From Candidatus Microgenomates bacterium (GTDB taxonomy: Bacteria > Patescibacteriota > Microgenomatia > Levybacterales > UBA12049), in the NCBI GenBank assembly GCA_025451195.1, contig JANWKV010000006.1:1-62918 (forward strand): a DNA stretch of 62,918 nucleotides, in the 5' to 3' direction. Position 1 is the stretch's first letter; each line of letters begins with the position of its first letter. The position numbers and the translations under genes are program-made. Below are positions 19,088 to 29,935 of this stretch, piece by piece. Below the pieces are notes generated by a model that saw only the letters and a list, made by a program, of their open reading frames with translations, was not told the DNA's origin and did not search any database.

Positions 19088-20355
19088 AAATAGCAATAAT
19101 TGGTGCCGGTTTTACCGGACTTGCCGCTGGTTTTACCCTTTCCAAAAAAGGACATAATGTTTTTTTATTTGAAAAAAGAGAAAATCCCGGCGGACTTGCT
19201 TTAGGTTTTAAAAAACCAAACTGGCAATGGAGTCTTGAAGAATATTACCATCACTGGTTTACAAACGACCACAACGTATTGTCTGTTGCGAAGGAAATAA
19301 AATACCCCGTTTTTATAAAACGGCCAAAAACATCTGTCTTTGTAGATAACGAAATTTTTCAACTTGATTCACCTTTTAAACTTCTTGAATTTCCAAAACT
19401 CAAACTTCTGGACAGATTAAGAATGGCAATGGTTTTGGGAATGCTTAAATCCGATCCTTTCTGGAAACCTTTTGAAAAAGTAAAAGCGGAAACGGTTTTA
19501 AAAAAAGCAATGGGAGAACGCGGCTATAAAAAAATCTGGGAACCTCAACTGTCCAATAAGTTTGGCGAATTTGCCAAAGATATATCTTTGGCCTGGTTTT
19601 GGGCAAGGGTTGTAAAAAGAACTTCAAGTCTTGCTTATCCAGAGGGCGGATTTTTGGAATTTGCAAAAAAATTTGCTGAAGAGATAGAAAAACTAAATGG
19701 CAAAATTATTTACGGTGCCAATGTAGCAGGCATTGAAAATGTTGAAGGAAAAATAAGTCTTGGAAAAGAATACGGATTATTTGACAAAGTTATTGTTACA
19801 CTTCCCGGATTTGCGTTTACAAAAATTTGCAAAAATTTGCCTGAGTCTTATATAAAAACCCTGACATCTCTGCAAGGCCTGGGAGCGCAAACTTTGGTGA
19901 TTAGGCTGTCAAATCAATTTTTAACAGATAATACCTATTGGCTTAGCATTTGCGAAAAAGCCAATGTAACTGCAATTGTTGAGCATACAAATTTTATGGA
20001 TAAAAAATATTATGACAATGAACATATTGTTTATTTAGGTAATTATTTGCCAAGAGGGCATAAGTATTTTTCCATGACTGAAAAAGATCTTCTTTTGGAA
20101 TTTGATCCGCTTTTAAAAAGACTTAATAAGGATTACAAAAAACATTTAATCGGCGCCGATCTTTTTACAACTCCTTTTGCACAACCTATTATTCCAATTA
20201 ATTATTCACGCATTATGCCCCCGATTAAAACTCCTATCAAAAACGTATACCTTGCAAATATACAACAGGTTTATCCCTGGGATAGGGGCACAAATTATGC
20301 AGTGGAATTGGGACAAAAAGTTGCAGATTATATATTCCTTAAAACAGATTTATAA
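19084..20355 (+). CDS. FAD-dependent oxidoreductase (amine oxidase/PPO-like fold)
   Basis: IAIIGAGFTGL..E....GGLA, YYHHWF and YPWDRGTNYAV. Confidence 0.85.
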   Translation: MKIAIIGAGFTGLAAGFTLSKKGHNVFLFEKRENPGGLALGFKKPNWQWSLEEYYHHWFTNDHNVLSVAKEIKYPVFIKRPKTSVFVDNEIFQLDSPFKLLEFPKLKLLDRLRMAMVLGMLKSDPFWKPFEKVKAETVLKKAMGERGYKKIWEPQLSNKFGEFAKDISLAWFWARVVKRTSSLAYPEGGFLEFAKKFAEEIEKLNGKIIYGANVAGIENVEGKISLGKEYGLFDKVIVTLPGFAFTKICKNLPESYIKTLTSLQGLGAQTLVIRLSNQFLTDNTYWLSICEKANVTAIVEHTNFMDKKYYDNEHIVYLGNYLPRGHKYFSMTEKDLLLEFDPLLKRLNKDYKKHLIGADLFTTPFAQPIIPINYSRIMPPIKTPIKNVYLANIQQVYPWDRGTNYAVELGQKVADYIFLKTDL

Positions 20356-20361
20356 ATAACA

Positions 20362-20423
20362 TATAATACCCAATTACTTGCTTTTACAAATCATGGCACA
20401 AAATCAAGTATGAGTGGTATATT
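20362..20423 (-). repeat. MITE-like palindromic element, copy B (inverted)
   Basis: minus strand ATATACCACTCATACTTGATTTTG...AAAAGCAAGTAATTGGGTATTATA. Confidence 0.8.
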
Positions 20424-20430
20424 ATTACTC

Positions 20431-22068
20431 ATGAAAATGAATAAGAGAATAATTATTTCAGGCAGTACATTTCTTCTTATTACTTTTATCTGTATAGGTT
20501 TTATTTTGAGATTTTATAATATTGATTGGGGCGACCCTTTTTATTTTCATCCTGACGAGCGGAATGTTGCATCAAGCATAACTCAACTCATATTCCCAAC
20601 ACAATTTAATCCGCATTTTTTTGCATATGGATCGCTACCAATATATCTTGTTTTTTTCCTGGGTCTTATTACAAATTTTTTTAGGCAAACGACCGTTTCT
20701 TTCCAACAGGCTATTATTCTTATGCGCGTTTTTGCGGCTGTTCTATCGGTCCTTATTATTCCCTCAATTTTTTATATAACTAAAAAAACAACAGATAATA
20801 AAACAGCTGCTGTTTTTGCCGCAGGACTCTCTACTTTTAGCGTTGGATTTATTCAATTTGCCCATTTTGGAACTTTTGAAATGTGGCTAACTTTTTTAGG
20901 ACTATGGCTTTTTTATTTTTGTTACAAAATTACAAGATATGGTAATTTTACAGACACAATTGTCGCAGGAATCTTAAGCGGACTTTTAGTTGGTACAAAA
21001 ATATCGGGACTTGTTCTTGTACCAATACCGTTTATTTGTATTTTATATTTTGCATTTTTGAAAAAGAAATATTTTTCAATCGGGTTTCTTGAAAGCGCAA
21101 TGCATATTTTTACATATTGTTTTTTTCTTGGAGCAGTATATTTACTTACCAATCCGTATGTTTTGTTGGATACAAAATCATTTTTAGATAGCATGCATTA
21201 CGAAACAACAGTGGCAACAGGTGCTCTTCCTGTTTTTTATACTGGGGAATTTTTTAACGCGAAACCTGTACTTTTCCAACTCCTTCATGTCTATCCATTT
21301 TTGCTTAATCCTTTTGTTACCATAATATTTATTTTAAGTTTTTTTTATACAATTTTTATGGCAATAAAAACAAGAAAGCAGCATCTTGTTTTACTTCTTG
21401 TTTTCTTTGTTTTACTTTTTTTCTCCCAGGCAATTCTTTTTGTAAAATGGACAAGATATATGCTGCCTACTTTACCTTTTGCTTACCTTATTATTTCAAT
21501 CCCTCTTCTTGACGTAGTTAAAGGTAAATATATGTCTAAATTTACCGCTCTCTCTTTAACTGCTTGTTTTATCATTATTGGTTTAATTTACGGATTTCTA
21601 TATACATATATTGCATATGGTAGAGAAGATACCAGACTTTCCGCTTTGGATTTTGCAAAAACATCCGTACCTTTTCAGGCAAATATTTTAAGTGAAGTTT
21701 ATGATTTGGGAATTGTCCCATTTAACAGCAGTTATCCTCATATTTCGCTTTTTAATTTTTATGATTTGGATAACAACGGCGCTCTTTCGGACAATGATTT
21801 AAAAACGGCGTTGTCACAATCCGACTATATTATTTTACCAAGTCAAAGAATATTAAAACCAAGACTTTTAAACCCGGCAAAATTTCCAAGCGGGAGTATG
21901 TTTTATCAAAGTCTTTTTAACGGATCTTTAGGTTACCGGCAAATTTATCAAACGCCTTGCGATATTCTTTGTAGAATTGTTTATCTTAATGATCCTGTAT
22001 TTTCTTTGGAGGAAACCGCAACTGTTTTTGACCGGCCAACACTATACATATTTAAAAAAATACAATGA
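20431..22068 (+). CDS. GT-C fold (ArnT/PMT-like) glycosyltransferase
   Basis: multi-TM; FHPDER, NPHFFAYGSLP and RYMLP; start moved to 20431 because 20410 lies in the repeat. Confidence 0.85.
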   Translation: MKMNKRIIISGSTFLLITFICIGFILRFYNIDWGDPFYFHPDERNVASSITQLIFPTQFNPHFFAYGSLPIYLVFFLGLITNFFRQTTVSFQQAIILMRVFAAVLSVLIIPSIFYITKKTTDNKTAAVFAAGLSTFSVGFIQFAHFGTFEMWLTFLGLWLFYFCYKITRYGNFTDTIVAGILSGLLVGTKISGLVLVPIPFICILYFAFLKKKYFSIGFLESAMHIFTYCFFLGAVYLLTNPYVLLDTKSFLDSMHYETTVATGALPVFYTGEFFNAKPVLFQLLHVYPFLLNPFVTIIFILSFFYTIFMAIKTRKQHLVLLLVFFVLLFFSQAILFVKWTRYMLPTLPFAYLIISIPLLDVVKGKYMSKFTALSLTACFIIIGLIYGFLYTYIAYGREDTRLSALDFAKTSVPFQANILSEVYDLGIVPFNSSYPHISLFNFYDLDNNGALSDNDLKTALSQSDYIILPSQRILKPRLLNPAKFPSGSMFYQSLFNGSLGYRQIYQTPCDILCRIVYLNDPVFSLEETATVFDRPTLYIFKKIQ

Positions 22069-23783
22069 TATTTAAAAGATATAAACTTTTACTTCTTTTG
22101 ATTATTATCCTGGGATTTATTGCGCGGGTGTTTGGATTTAATTGGGACAGCTTTTCACACCTGCATCCGGATGAAAGGGCGATTACTCTTTTTGCGCTTC
22201 CTTTGCATTTTCCAAATAGTATTTCCGAATTCCTTTCTCCTGCAAGCCCTTTAAATACCCATTTTTTTGCATATGGAAATTTTCCGGTATATTTTCTTAA
22301 AATAATCAGCATTATATGCGGGAATTTTAACCCTTTCCTAGCAACATATGACGGAATGAATCTTTTAGGAAGAATAACTTCCGCGCTTTTTGATACAGGG
22401 ACAATTATTGTTGTCTTTTTTACCGGGAGAAAATTATTCAATGAATATGTCGGAATTTTGGCTGCTTTTTTCTACTGTGTAAGCGTCATGGCTATTCAAA
22501 CAAGCCATTTTTACGCGGTTGACACGCTTCTTACATTTTTTGTAAGTCTTACACTTTTCCTGCTACTCTTGTTTTATACACACCCAACCAAAAAAAAGGC
22601 AATATTTATTGGCATATCTTTTGGGATGAGTGTTGCGACAAAAAATAGCGCGCTTGCTCTTTTGGCACCAATTTTTACAACGATTGGTATTGATTTTTTT
22701 CTTATTTTTCTTAAAAGCCCCCATAGAATTTCTATATGGGGACCGCATGTCCCAAAAGTTGTTAAAACTCTTTTAACAGATGGAATTATTATTGGAGTTT
22801 TTGCAGTTTGTGTTTTTCTTTTTTGGGAACCTTATTTTTTAATAGACAATGCAAATTTTTGGTCACAAACGCAACAACAGGCCCAGATGACACACGATGC
22901 ATTTACCTTTCCCTATACGTTGCAATATGTTGGAATAATTCCCTACTGGTATGAGTTAAAAAATATTTTTCTATGGGGGCAGGGGCCAATGATTGCCATT
23001 ATTTCTTTCATGGGGATAATATATGGCACGTGGATTTCTATTTTTAAGAAAAAATTTGATAAATGGGCAACAGAATTGATTATTTTAATTTTTTTCTGGT
23101 CATATTTTTTTGTTGTCGGACATTTTGCGATTGGATTTATGCGCTATATGTTGCCTGTTTATCCAATTTTGTGTTTGTTTGGAGGACTTTTATTTTGGGA
23201 ATCAATGATAACTTTATACGTTCACATTAAAAATAAATTTTTTGTTTTTACACTTTTTGTTGCGGTTTTTATAATGTTTCTCATCTGGCCAATTGCATTT
23301 TTGCAAATTTACACAAAACCAAATACCAGAATTTCTGCTTCTAAATGGATTAATACCGTTATTCCCGCGGGTGCAACACTAAGCATTGAGCATTGGGACG
23401 ACAGTCTTCCTCTATACGGCCAGGATAAATATAACATGCAAACTTTAACTTTGTATGATCCGGACACGCCGGAAAAATGGCAAACAATTAATCAGCAGTT
23501 GGCAAAAACAGACTATATAATAATCGCGTCCAACCGTCTTTATGTTCCGCTTCAAAAATTAACCGATTGTAAAAAATTGCCTCCTGACAGATGTTATACT
23601 CAAACTGCAAATTACTACAAAAAGCTTTTTGCAGGAGAGTTAAACTTTAATCTGGTTGCGGAATTTGCAGTTTATCCGACAATTCCTTTTTTTAATATTC
23701 CAATTGACGACCAGTCTGCGGACGAATCATTTACAGTTTACGACCATCCTAAAATAATGATTTTTCAGAAAAATACCTACTAG
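22065..23783 (+). CDS. GT-C fold (ArnT/PMT-like) glycosyltransferase, paralog of the previous gene
   Basis: LHPDER, NTHFFAYGNFP, RYMLP, EHWDD and DESFTVYDHP. Confidence 0.85.
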   Translation: MIFKRYKLLLLLIIILGFIARVFGFNWDSFSHLHPDERAITLFALPLHFPNSISEFLSPASPLNTHFFAYGNFPVYFLKIISIICGNFNPFLATYDGMNLLGRITSALFDTGTIIVVFFTGRKLFNEYVGILAAFFYCVSVMAIQTSHFYAVDTLLTFFVSLTLFLLLLFYTHPTKKKAIFIGISFGMSVATKNSALALLAPIFTTIGIDFFLIFLKSPHRISIWGPHVPKVVKTLLTDGIIIGVFAVCVFLFWEPYFLIDNANFWSQTQQQAQMTHDAFTFPYTLQYVGIIPYWYELKNIFLWGQGPMIAIISFMGIIYGTWISIFKKKFDKWATELIILIFFWSYFFVVGHFAIGFMRYMLPVYPILCLFGGLLFWESMITLYVHIKNKFFVFTLFVAVFIMFLIWPIAFLQIYTKPNTRISASKWINTVIPAGATLSIEHWDDSLPLYGQDKYNMQTLTLYDPDTPEKWQTINQQLAKTDYIIIASNRLYVPLQKLTDCKKLPPDRCYTQTANYYKKLFAGELNFNLVAEFAVYPTIPFFNIPIDDQSADESFTVYDHPKIMIFQKNTY

Positions 23784-23794
23784 GTTTTGCATAA

Positions 23795-24499
23795 TTATTT
23801 TGAAACGTATTTTATTAACTCCCAAATAGTAGAAAGACCATACTCAACGGATCTTTTAAAATTAATGCTTGATGCATCGGGAAAATATTTTGTCGGAATT
23901 GCAATTTCTCCAATTCTTAGCTTATGAGATCTTGCCGAGATTAAAAATTGCTGGTCGAAAACAAAATCATCTGAAAATGTTTTAAACGGAATTTTTTCCA
24001 AAGCCCTTTTTGTATATGCTCTATAACCGGAATGATACTCGGACAAATTAAGTCCCAATGTAATATTTTCTATAAGGGTTAGCATTCTGTTAAATAAATA
24101 TTTGTAAATTGGCATCCCGCCACTTAGCGCTCCTTCTCTTGTTTGCATGCGGCTGCCAAGCATTACATCAAAATAACCTTGTTTGATGGGTTCTATTAAA
24201 AGAGGCAGAAGCTTTGGGTCATATTGGTAATCGGGATGAAGCATAACTACAATATCTGCTTTTTCCTTTAAGGCTTCTGTATAGCATGTTTTCTGATTGC
24301 CTCCATAACCCTTGTTTTTTGGGTGGACAATTGTTTTAAGCCCTAATTTTTTAGAAACATTTACTGTTTTGTCACGGCTGCAATCGTCAACAACAATAAC
24401 GCTGTCAAAACTGCCTTTTGGAATTTCCTTATACGTTTTTTCAATTGTTTTCTCCGCATTGTAAGCAGGCATTACAACAACGACTTTTTGTTTTTTCAT
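23795..24499 (-). CDS. GT2 polyprenol-phosphate glycosyltransferase (DPM1-like)
   Basis: VMPAYN, VDDCSRD, NKGYGG, HPDYQY and GSR; start 24499 is preceded by TACCAT 7 nt upstream. Confidence 0.9.
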   Translation of the reverse strand: MKKQKVVVVMPAYNAEKTIEKTYKEIPKGSFDSVIVVDDCSRDKTVNVSKKLGLKTIVHPKNKGYGGNQKTCYTEALKEKADIVVMLHPDYQYDPKLLPLLIEPIKQGYFDVMLGSRMQTREGALSGGMPIYKYLFNRMLTLIENITLGLNLSEYHSGYRAYTKRALEKIPFKTFSDDFVFDQQFLISARSHKLRIGEIAIPTKYFPDASSINFKRSVEYGLSTIWELIKYVSK

Positions 24500-24541
24500 C
24501 AGTTGCATGGTATCTCAAACTTATGCAATTATCAATAATGT

Positions 24542-26128
24542 ATGGAGTTTTTTATGATTTTAGGCTTACTAAGAAAATATTTTAATATTATTCTAATATT
24601 TTTGGTAATTACTTTAGGATTTTCACTTAGAATATATAATTTAGGTAATAATCCAGCGGGATTTTTCTGTGATGAGGCTTCTATTGGTTATAACGCCTAT
24701 ACAATTATAACTTCAGGGGCAGACGAATATGGAACGCCGTTTCCTATTTTTTTTCGCGCATTTGGAGAATATAAAAGCCCAATAGAAATTTATAGTACCG
24801 CACCTTTTGTTGGTATCTTTGGATTGAGTGAATTTTCAACTCGGTTACCATCTACCATATATGGGATTCTCTCAATTATAGCTATTTATTTTCTTGCAAA
24901 AGAAATGTTTATAAGGCACAGAGAAGATAATTTTATTGCAATCTTTTCAATGTTTTTTCTTGCAATCTCGCCTTGGTCTATTCAATTTAGCAGAGTTTCC
25001 CTAGAAGGCTTAATGGCATTTGTATTCTTTACAACGTTTGGTTTATTTCTTTTCTTAAAAGCACAAAGCAAACCAAATCTCTTCATTTTATCCGTTATTT
25101 CTTTTACATTGGCTCTATATAGTTACTTTCCTGCAAGAATTTTTATTCCCCTCTTTTGTCTTGGACTTATCGGATTACATTTTAAATTCTTTCTGCAGTA
25201 TAAAAAACAAGTGCTTTACAGCGCAATACTGCTTTTACTGTTATTAATACCTTTTTTAATGAATAATCTTTCTCTTGACGGCTTAGCAAGATGGCAGCAG
25301 GTCAGTGTTTTCTACCATCCTCCTAAAAATGAGTCTATAGTTCAGCACATTACTTCTGATTATTTTCAACATTTTTCCGCTGATTTTCTTTTCTTAAAAG
25401 GCGACATAGATATGTCTGGCCAATTTATTACCAGACATTCTGTGAGAGGAATTGGAGAATTATATTTATTTCAACTCCCTTTAATCCTTGCGGGAATTTT
25501 TCATTTGTTTAAAAAAAGAAAGAAGCTTTTCTATATTTTTTTACTCTGGATCATTTTATACCCTACAGGGAGCATGTTCACCCTTGACAATACTCCTCAG
25601 GCAACGAGATCAATTATAGGAGTTGCACCTTTTCAAATATTAACCGCTGTTGGCCTTGAATACCTACTCGAATTATTTATAAAACTTGATCTTGTTGCAA
25701 AAACTAAATATATATTGCATCTCACATTTACTTTTATAATTGGTCTTTTAATAGTCCTTTCGTTTACAAGTTATCTTATTTTATATTTCTCTTCTTATCC
25801 AAATTATTCGTCTGATTTTTGGGGATGGCAATATGGGGCAAGAGACATAGTCCAGTATTTTGCAACAAATGAGCAGAAATATGATGAAGAAATTATGGCA
25901 CCGGAATTTAATGCTCCGGAAATCTTCTTTAAATTTTATGCACCAAATGATTGTGTAAAATGCAAAGTCGGCCTACCGGATAAGCTATATGATCCTAATA
26001 AAAAGCAGCTTTTTGCACTTACGCCTGATTATTTAAAAAATAATCCGGAGTGGAATTTTGAACCTCTTGAAAAAATTTATTATCCTAATGGCACCATTGC
26101 CTTTCTTATTGGTGAAATAGTACAATAA
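24542..26128 (+). CDS. GT-C fold (GT39/ArnT-like) glycosyltransferase
   Basis: P.GFFCDEASIGYNAY...G.DEYG, RLPS and SPW; multi-TM. Confidence 0.85.
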   Translation: MEFFMILGLLRKYFNIILIFLVITLGFSLRIYNLGNNPAGFFCDEASIGYNAYTIITSGADEYGTPFPIFFRAFGEYKSPIEIYSTAPFVGIFGLSEFSTRLPSTIYGILSIIAIYFLAKEMFIRHREDNFIAIFSMFFLAISPWSIQFSRVSLEGLMAFVFFTTFGLFLFLKAQSKPNLFILSVISFTLALYSYFPARIFIPLFCLGLIGLHFKFFLQYKKQVLYSAILLLLLLIPFLMNNLSLDGLARWQQVSVFYHPPKNESIVQHITSDYFQHFSADFLFLKGDIDMSGQFITRHSVRGIGELYLFQLPLILAGIFHLFKKRKKLFYIFLLWIILYPTGSMFTLDNTPQATRSIIGVAPFQILTAVGLEYLLELFIKLDLVAKTKYILHLTFTFIIGLLIVLSFTSYLILYFSSYPNYSSDFWGWQYGARDIVQYFATNEQKYDEEIMAPEFNAPEIFFKFYAPNDCVKCKVGLPDKLYDPNKKQLFALTPDYLKNNPEWNFEPLEKIYYPNGTIAFLIGEIVQ

Positions 26129-26133
26129 CATCT

Positions 26134-27177
26134 ATGGGAAAGTCTGTTCTAATAACCGGTGGCGCAGGATTTTTGGGCTGCCACCTTTCAAGACTTTTCC
26201 TTAAAAAGGGCTTAAAAGTAATTCAATATGACCTTGCTCCTCTTGATGCCAAAGATCTTATAGGAAAAGTTGAGTATGTTAACGGCGATATTTTGGATAA
26301 AGAAAAACTAACCAAAGCTTTAAAAAATGTTGATTTTGTTGTCCATGCCGCCGCCGCCCTCCCAATCCAGCTTAAAAAAGAAACAATTTATAGCGTGAAT
26401 ATAGATGGTACAAAAAATGTTTTAGAATGCGCCTTTTCCCAAAAAATTAAACGGCTGGTATTTATTTCTTCAACCGCTGTTTATGGAATTCCGCGAACAT
26501 TACCGGAGCCCGAAACAGCGCCAATTGACCCGATTGGTTTTTACGGGGAGTCAAAAGTAGCAGGCGAAAAATTATGTCTTGAGTTTGAAAAAAAAGGACT
26601 CCAGATAAATATTATCAGGCCAAAAACATTTTTGGGGCCTGAAAGGCTTGGTGTTTTTCAACTTTGGTTTGAAGCAATATACACCGGCAAACCTGTTTTT
26701 ATATTAGGAAGTGGTAATAATAAATACCAACTTCTTTCGGTTTCGGATGTATCCGGTGCTATTTTTAAAGCATTGGAAGAAAAAGTACATGGCGAGATTT
26801 TTAATATTGGGGCGGAAAAATTTGGCACATGGAGAGAAGATTTAGGGTCTGTAATTTCTTTTGCTAAATCCAAATCAAGGATTTTTTCTTTTCCCGTACT
26901 TCCCTCCCAGATTATTTTGGCGACTTTGGAAAAACTGGGCCTTTCACCAATTGCCGCCTGGCATTACAAAACTTTGCCTGTTGACTCGTATGTTTCTATA
27001 GAAAAAGCAAAAAAACTTTTAAAATGGTCGCCTGTTAAATCAAACAGTGAGCTTCTAATAGAAAGTTACGATTGGTATGCAAAACACAGAAGTGAAATTA
27101 TCGGTAAAAAAGGAATAACACATAGGGTGGGATGGAATTTTGGAATATTAGACTGGGCAGGAAAAATATTTAAATGA
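26134..27177 (+). CDS. NAD-dependent epimerase/dehydratase
   Basis: TGGAGFLG, ISSTAVYG and YGESK (YxxxK). Confidence 0.92.
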   Translation: MGKSVLITGGAGFLGCHLSRLFLKKGLKVIQYDLAPLDAKDLIGKVEYVNGDILDKEKLTKALKNVDFVVHAAAALPIQLKKETIYSVNIDGTKNVLECAFSQKIKRLVFISSTAVYGIPRTLPEPETAPIDPIGFYGESKVAGEKLCLEFEKKGLQINIIRPKTFLGPERLGVFQLWFEAIYTGKPVFILGSGNNKYQLLSVSDVSGAIFKALEEKVHGEIFNIGAEKFGTWREDLGSVISFAKSKSRIFSFPVLPSQIILATLEKLGLSPIAAWHYKTLPVDSYVSIEKAKKLLKWSPVKSNSELLIESYDWYAKHRSEIIGKKGITHRVGWNFGILDWAGKIFK

Positions 27178-27719
27178 ATATTGGTTTTGATTTTGACAAA
27201 GTAATTATTGATTACCCGCCTCTTGTACCAAATTGGATAATCGACAAGTTTTATAAAGAACGGGACAATGATGAATTGATATACAGAATTCCTGGAAAAC
27301 CTGAGCAATTACTCAGAACCCTAACCCATCTTCCGCCATTTAGGCACCCAATCAAAGAAAATCTAAATGCAGTTAAAGATTTGGCAGATAAAAACGAACA
27401 TGATTTATACATAATTTCCAGCAGATTTGGTTTTTTAAAAAATCTTACAGAAACACTTACAAAAAAACTGCAACTGGAAAAAATATTCAAAAGGATGTAT
27501 TTTAACTACAATAACGAACAGCCGCATTATTTTAAAAACAGGATTGTAAAAGAATTAAATATCCAAAGGTATATAGATGATGATTTATCGCTTCTAAAAT
27601 TTTTGTCAAAAGAAAATCCCAAAACAATTTTCTTTTGGTTAAATAATTCTGTTAATAAAAAACTCTCTGATAATTTACACGCGTTAACAGATATTAAAGA
27701 CGTAGAAAAAGAGATATGA
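27174..27719 (+). CDS. HAD-superfamily (5'-nucleotidase-like) protein
   Basis: IGFDFDKVI, ISSR, K and YIDDD. Confidence 0.7.
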   Translation: MNIGFDFDKVIIDYPPLVPNWIIDKFYKERDNDELIYRIPGKPEQLLRTLTHLPPFRHPIKENLNAVKDLADKNEHDLYIISSRFGFLKNLTETLTKKLQLEKIFKRMYFNYNNEQPHYFKNRIVKELNIQRYIDDDLSLLKFLSKENPKTIFFWLNNSVNKKLSDNLHALTDIKDVEKEI

Positions 27720-29929
27720 CAATTACTGATTTTTCCGCTGTTTTTTACTGGTGGCTTGTTTTTTTCGTTTTGGGAATTATTTTTTTGCCGTTTTGCTCAA
27801 TGCTTTTTAATAAATTTTTTGACAAGGGTTATATTTTCTCAAAAGTAATAGGCATTATCGCAGTTTCTTATCTTATACTGGTTTTGGGTGAAGTTCATAT
27901 TTTGCCTTTTACGTATCTTTCGCTTATTGCCGTAATCGGGCTTTTCGGGATTTTAAATTTTTCCCTTTTGTACTATAAAAAACAAAGTTTATTTGATATA
28001 AAAAGCCTAAGAATCTTCGCAGGAGAAGAATTAATTTTTCTTGCGGGACTTTTATTCTGGTCAACAGTAAGAGCACACCAACCAGATATTCAGGGGCTTG
28101 AAAAATACATGGATTTTGGATTTGTTAATTCAATCCTTAGAAGTACATATTTTCCCCCCGCTGATATGTGGTATCCGCCGTTTCCAATTAATTATTATTA
28201 CTTTGGCCATTTGACAACAGCGGTTGTTACTATTTTGTCTAACATTCCATCCCATGTTTCATATAATCTTATGATTTCAACTCTTTTTGCGTTTTGTTTT
28301 TCATGCGGATTTTCAGTTAGCGCAAACTTTATGCATATTTTTTTACAAAAAGACTCTGATAAAAAAGACAAAAATCAAACACGAAAAAATAACGCATTAA
28401 CAACCTTTTTATCTTTTAAAACAAAATTTATTATTTTTATATCGGGAATTTTGGGAGCATTTCTTCTTTCACTGGGTGGAAATTTACATACGGTTTACGC
28501 ATTTTTTAAGCCATACGATGTTGAAAATGTTGTCCCGTTTTGGAAGTTAACTTTTTTGCCACAAAATTTTCCAAACGCGTACTGGTATCCAAACGCAACA
28601 AGGTTTATTTATCACACAATACATGAATTCCCAATATATTCTTTTGTAGTTTCCGATTTGCATGGACATGTACTCGATATTCCCTTCGTATTTTTAACAA
28701 TCTCTTCGCTTTTTATACTTTTTCTAAAAAGGGGAAAACCAATCCATCCCATATGGACAATTGGCATCGGCTTCTTACTTGCAATAATGTATATGACTAA
28801 TGCATGGGATGGTGCAATTTACATGCTTTTGGCGGGACTTGTTTATTTTACAAATGTTTTGCCCGATGCAAAAAATTTATCTTTTTTTGACAGGCTTTTT
28901 AATACAAAGCATATTCTTAAAACTATCTATTACCTTTTAATAACATTTGTAAGTTTTTTTGTTTTTTCCCTTCCTTTCTCTGTGTTTTTCAAACCGTTTG
29001 CATCTCAAATTGGAGTGATGTGTGCACCTGCCTTTTTAACAAACATTGGCCATTTGGGACCATTATTATTTGAGGTAAACCATTGCGAGCATTCTCCATT
29101 ATACCAACTTTTAATACTTCACGGGTTTTGGTTTTTCTGGTTTTTCGGGTTTGTTATTTTTCTTTTTATAAAGCGCAAAGAACAGGAATTAAAACAAGCG
29201 GATTTTTTTGTAATTCTGCTTGGAATTTTATCTACAATTCTTATAATTATTCCTGAGTTTGTTTATCTTAAAGATATATATCCTACATATTACCGTGCGA
29301 ATACAATGTTTAAGCTGGTTTACCAATCGTTTATGATGTTTGCGGTATCTTGCGGTTACATTGTTGTACGATTTGCAATTTTAAAAAAGAAAAGCATTTT
29401 ACTTTGGATATACAGCCTGATTGGAATTTTTCTTTTCTTTTTTGTTGGAATTTATCCGTTTTTTGCAATCGGATCTTATTACAACAACCTTAACACCTAT
29501 TATGGACTTGAAGGATTAAACTATATTAAAAACACTTATCCAAACGACTACCTGGCGATTTCCTGGATTAACTCCCATATTAAAGGCCAACCTGTTATTT
29601 TGGAAGCTCAAGGCGATTCCTACACCGACTATGCAAGAGTCAGCGCAAATACGGGCTTACCTACGGTTTTGGGATGGACTGTGCACGAATGGTTATGGAG
29701 AGGAAGCTATGATCCATTGCCCGAAAGGATTAATGACATTCAAAGACTCTATGAAACACAAGACCTTGGAGTTGCCAAAGGCCTAATCAAAAAATACAAT
29801 ATCTCCTTGATTTTTATTGGGGATCTGGAAAAGAAAAAATATACAAATCTTAATGAAGGAAAGTTTAAGAAACTGGGAAAAATTATTTATCAAAACAAGA
29901 CCACAACTATTTACCAGGTAGCATTCTAA
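27716..29929 (+). CDS. DUF2298 / YYY-motif membrane protein (putative GT-C)
   Basis: EKYMD, PINYYYFGH, IHEFP..SF...DLHGH, NAWD, RANTMFK and GWTVHEWLWR. Confidence 0.88.
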   Translation: MTITDFSAVFYWWLVFFVLGIIFLPFCSMLFNKFFDKGYIFSKVIGIIAVSYLILVLGEVHILPFTYLSLIAVIGLFGILNFSLLYYKKQSLFDIKSLRIFAGEELIFLAGLLFWSTVRAHQPDIQGLEKYMDFGFVNSILRSTYFPPADMWYPPFPINYYYFGHLTTAVVTILSNIPSHVSYNLMISTLFAFCFSCGFSVSANFMHIFLQKDSDKKDKNQTRKNNALTTFLSFKTKFIIFISGILGAFLLSLGGNLHTVYAFFKPYDVENVVPFWKLTFLPQNFPNAYWYPNATRFIYHTIHEFPIYSFVVSDLHGHVLDIPFVFLTISSLFILFLKRGKPIHPIWTIGIGFLLAIMYMTNAWDGAIYMLLAGLVYFTNVLPDAKNLSFFDRLFNTKHILKTIYYLLITFVSFFVFSLPFSVFFKPFASQIGVMCAPAFLTNIGHLGPLLFEVNHCEHSPLYQLLILHGFWFFWFFGFVIFLFIKRKEQELKQADFFVILLGILSTILIIIPEFVYLKDIYPTYYRANTMFKLVYQSFMMFAVSCGYIVVRFAILKKKSILLWIYSLIGIFLFFFVGIYPFFAIGSYYNNLNTYYGLEGLNYIKNTYPNDYLAISWINSHIKGQPVILEAQGDSYTDYARVSANTGLPTVLGWTVHEWLWRGSYDPLPERINDIQRLYETQDLGVAKGLIKKYNISLIFIGDLEKKKYTNLNEGKFKKLGKIIYQNKTTTIYQVAF

Positions 29930-29935
29930 ATATAG

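Noticed and set aside
28340..28410. Charged loop in DUF2298 as another heptamer insertion
   Set aside because: It has only a weak inverted match and no clear 7-nt period.
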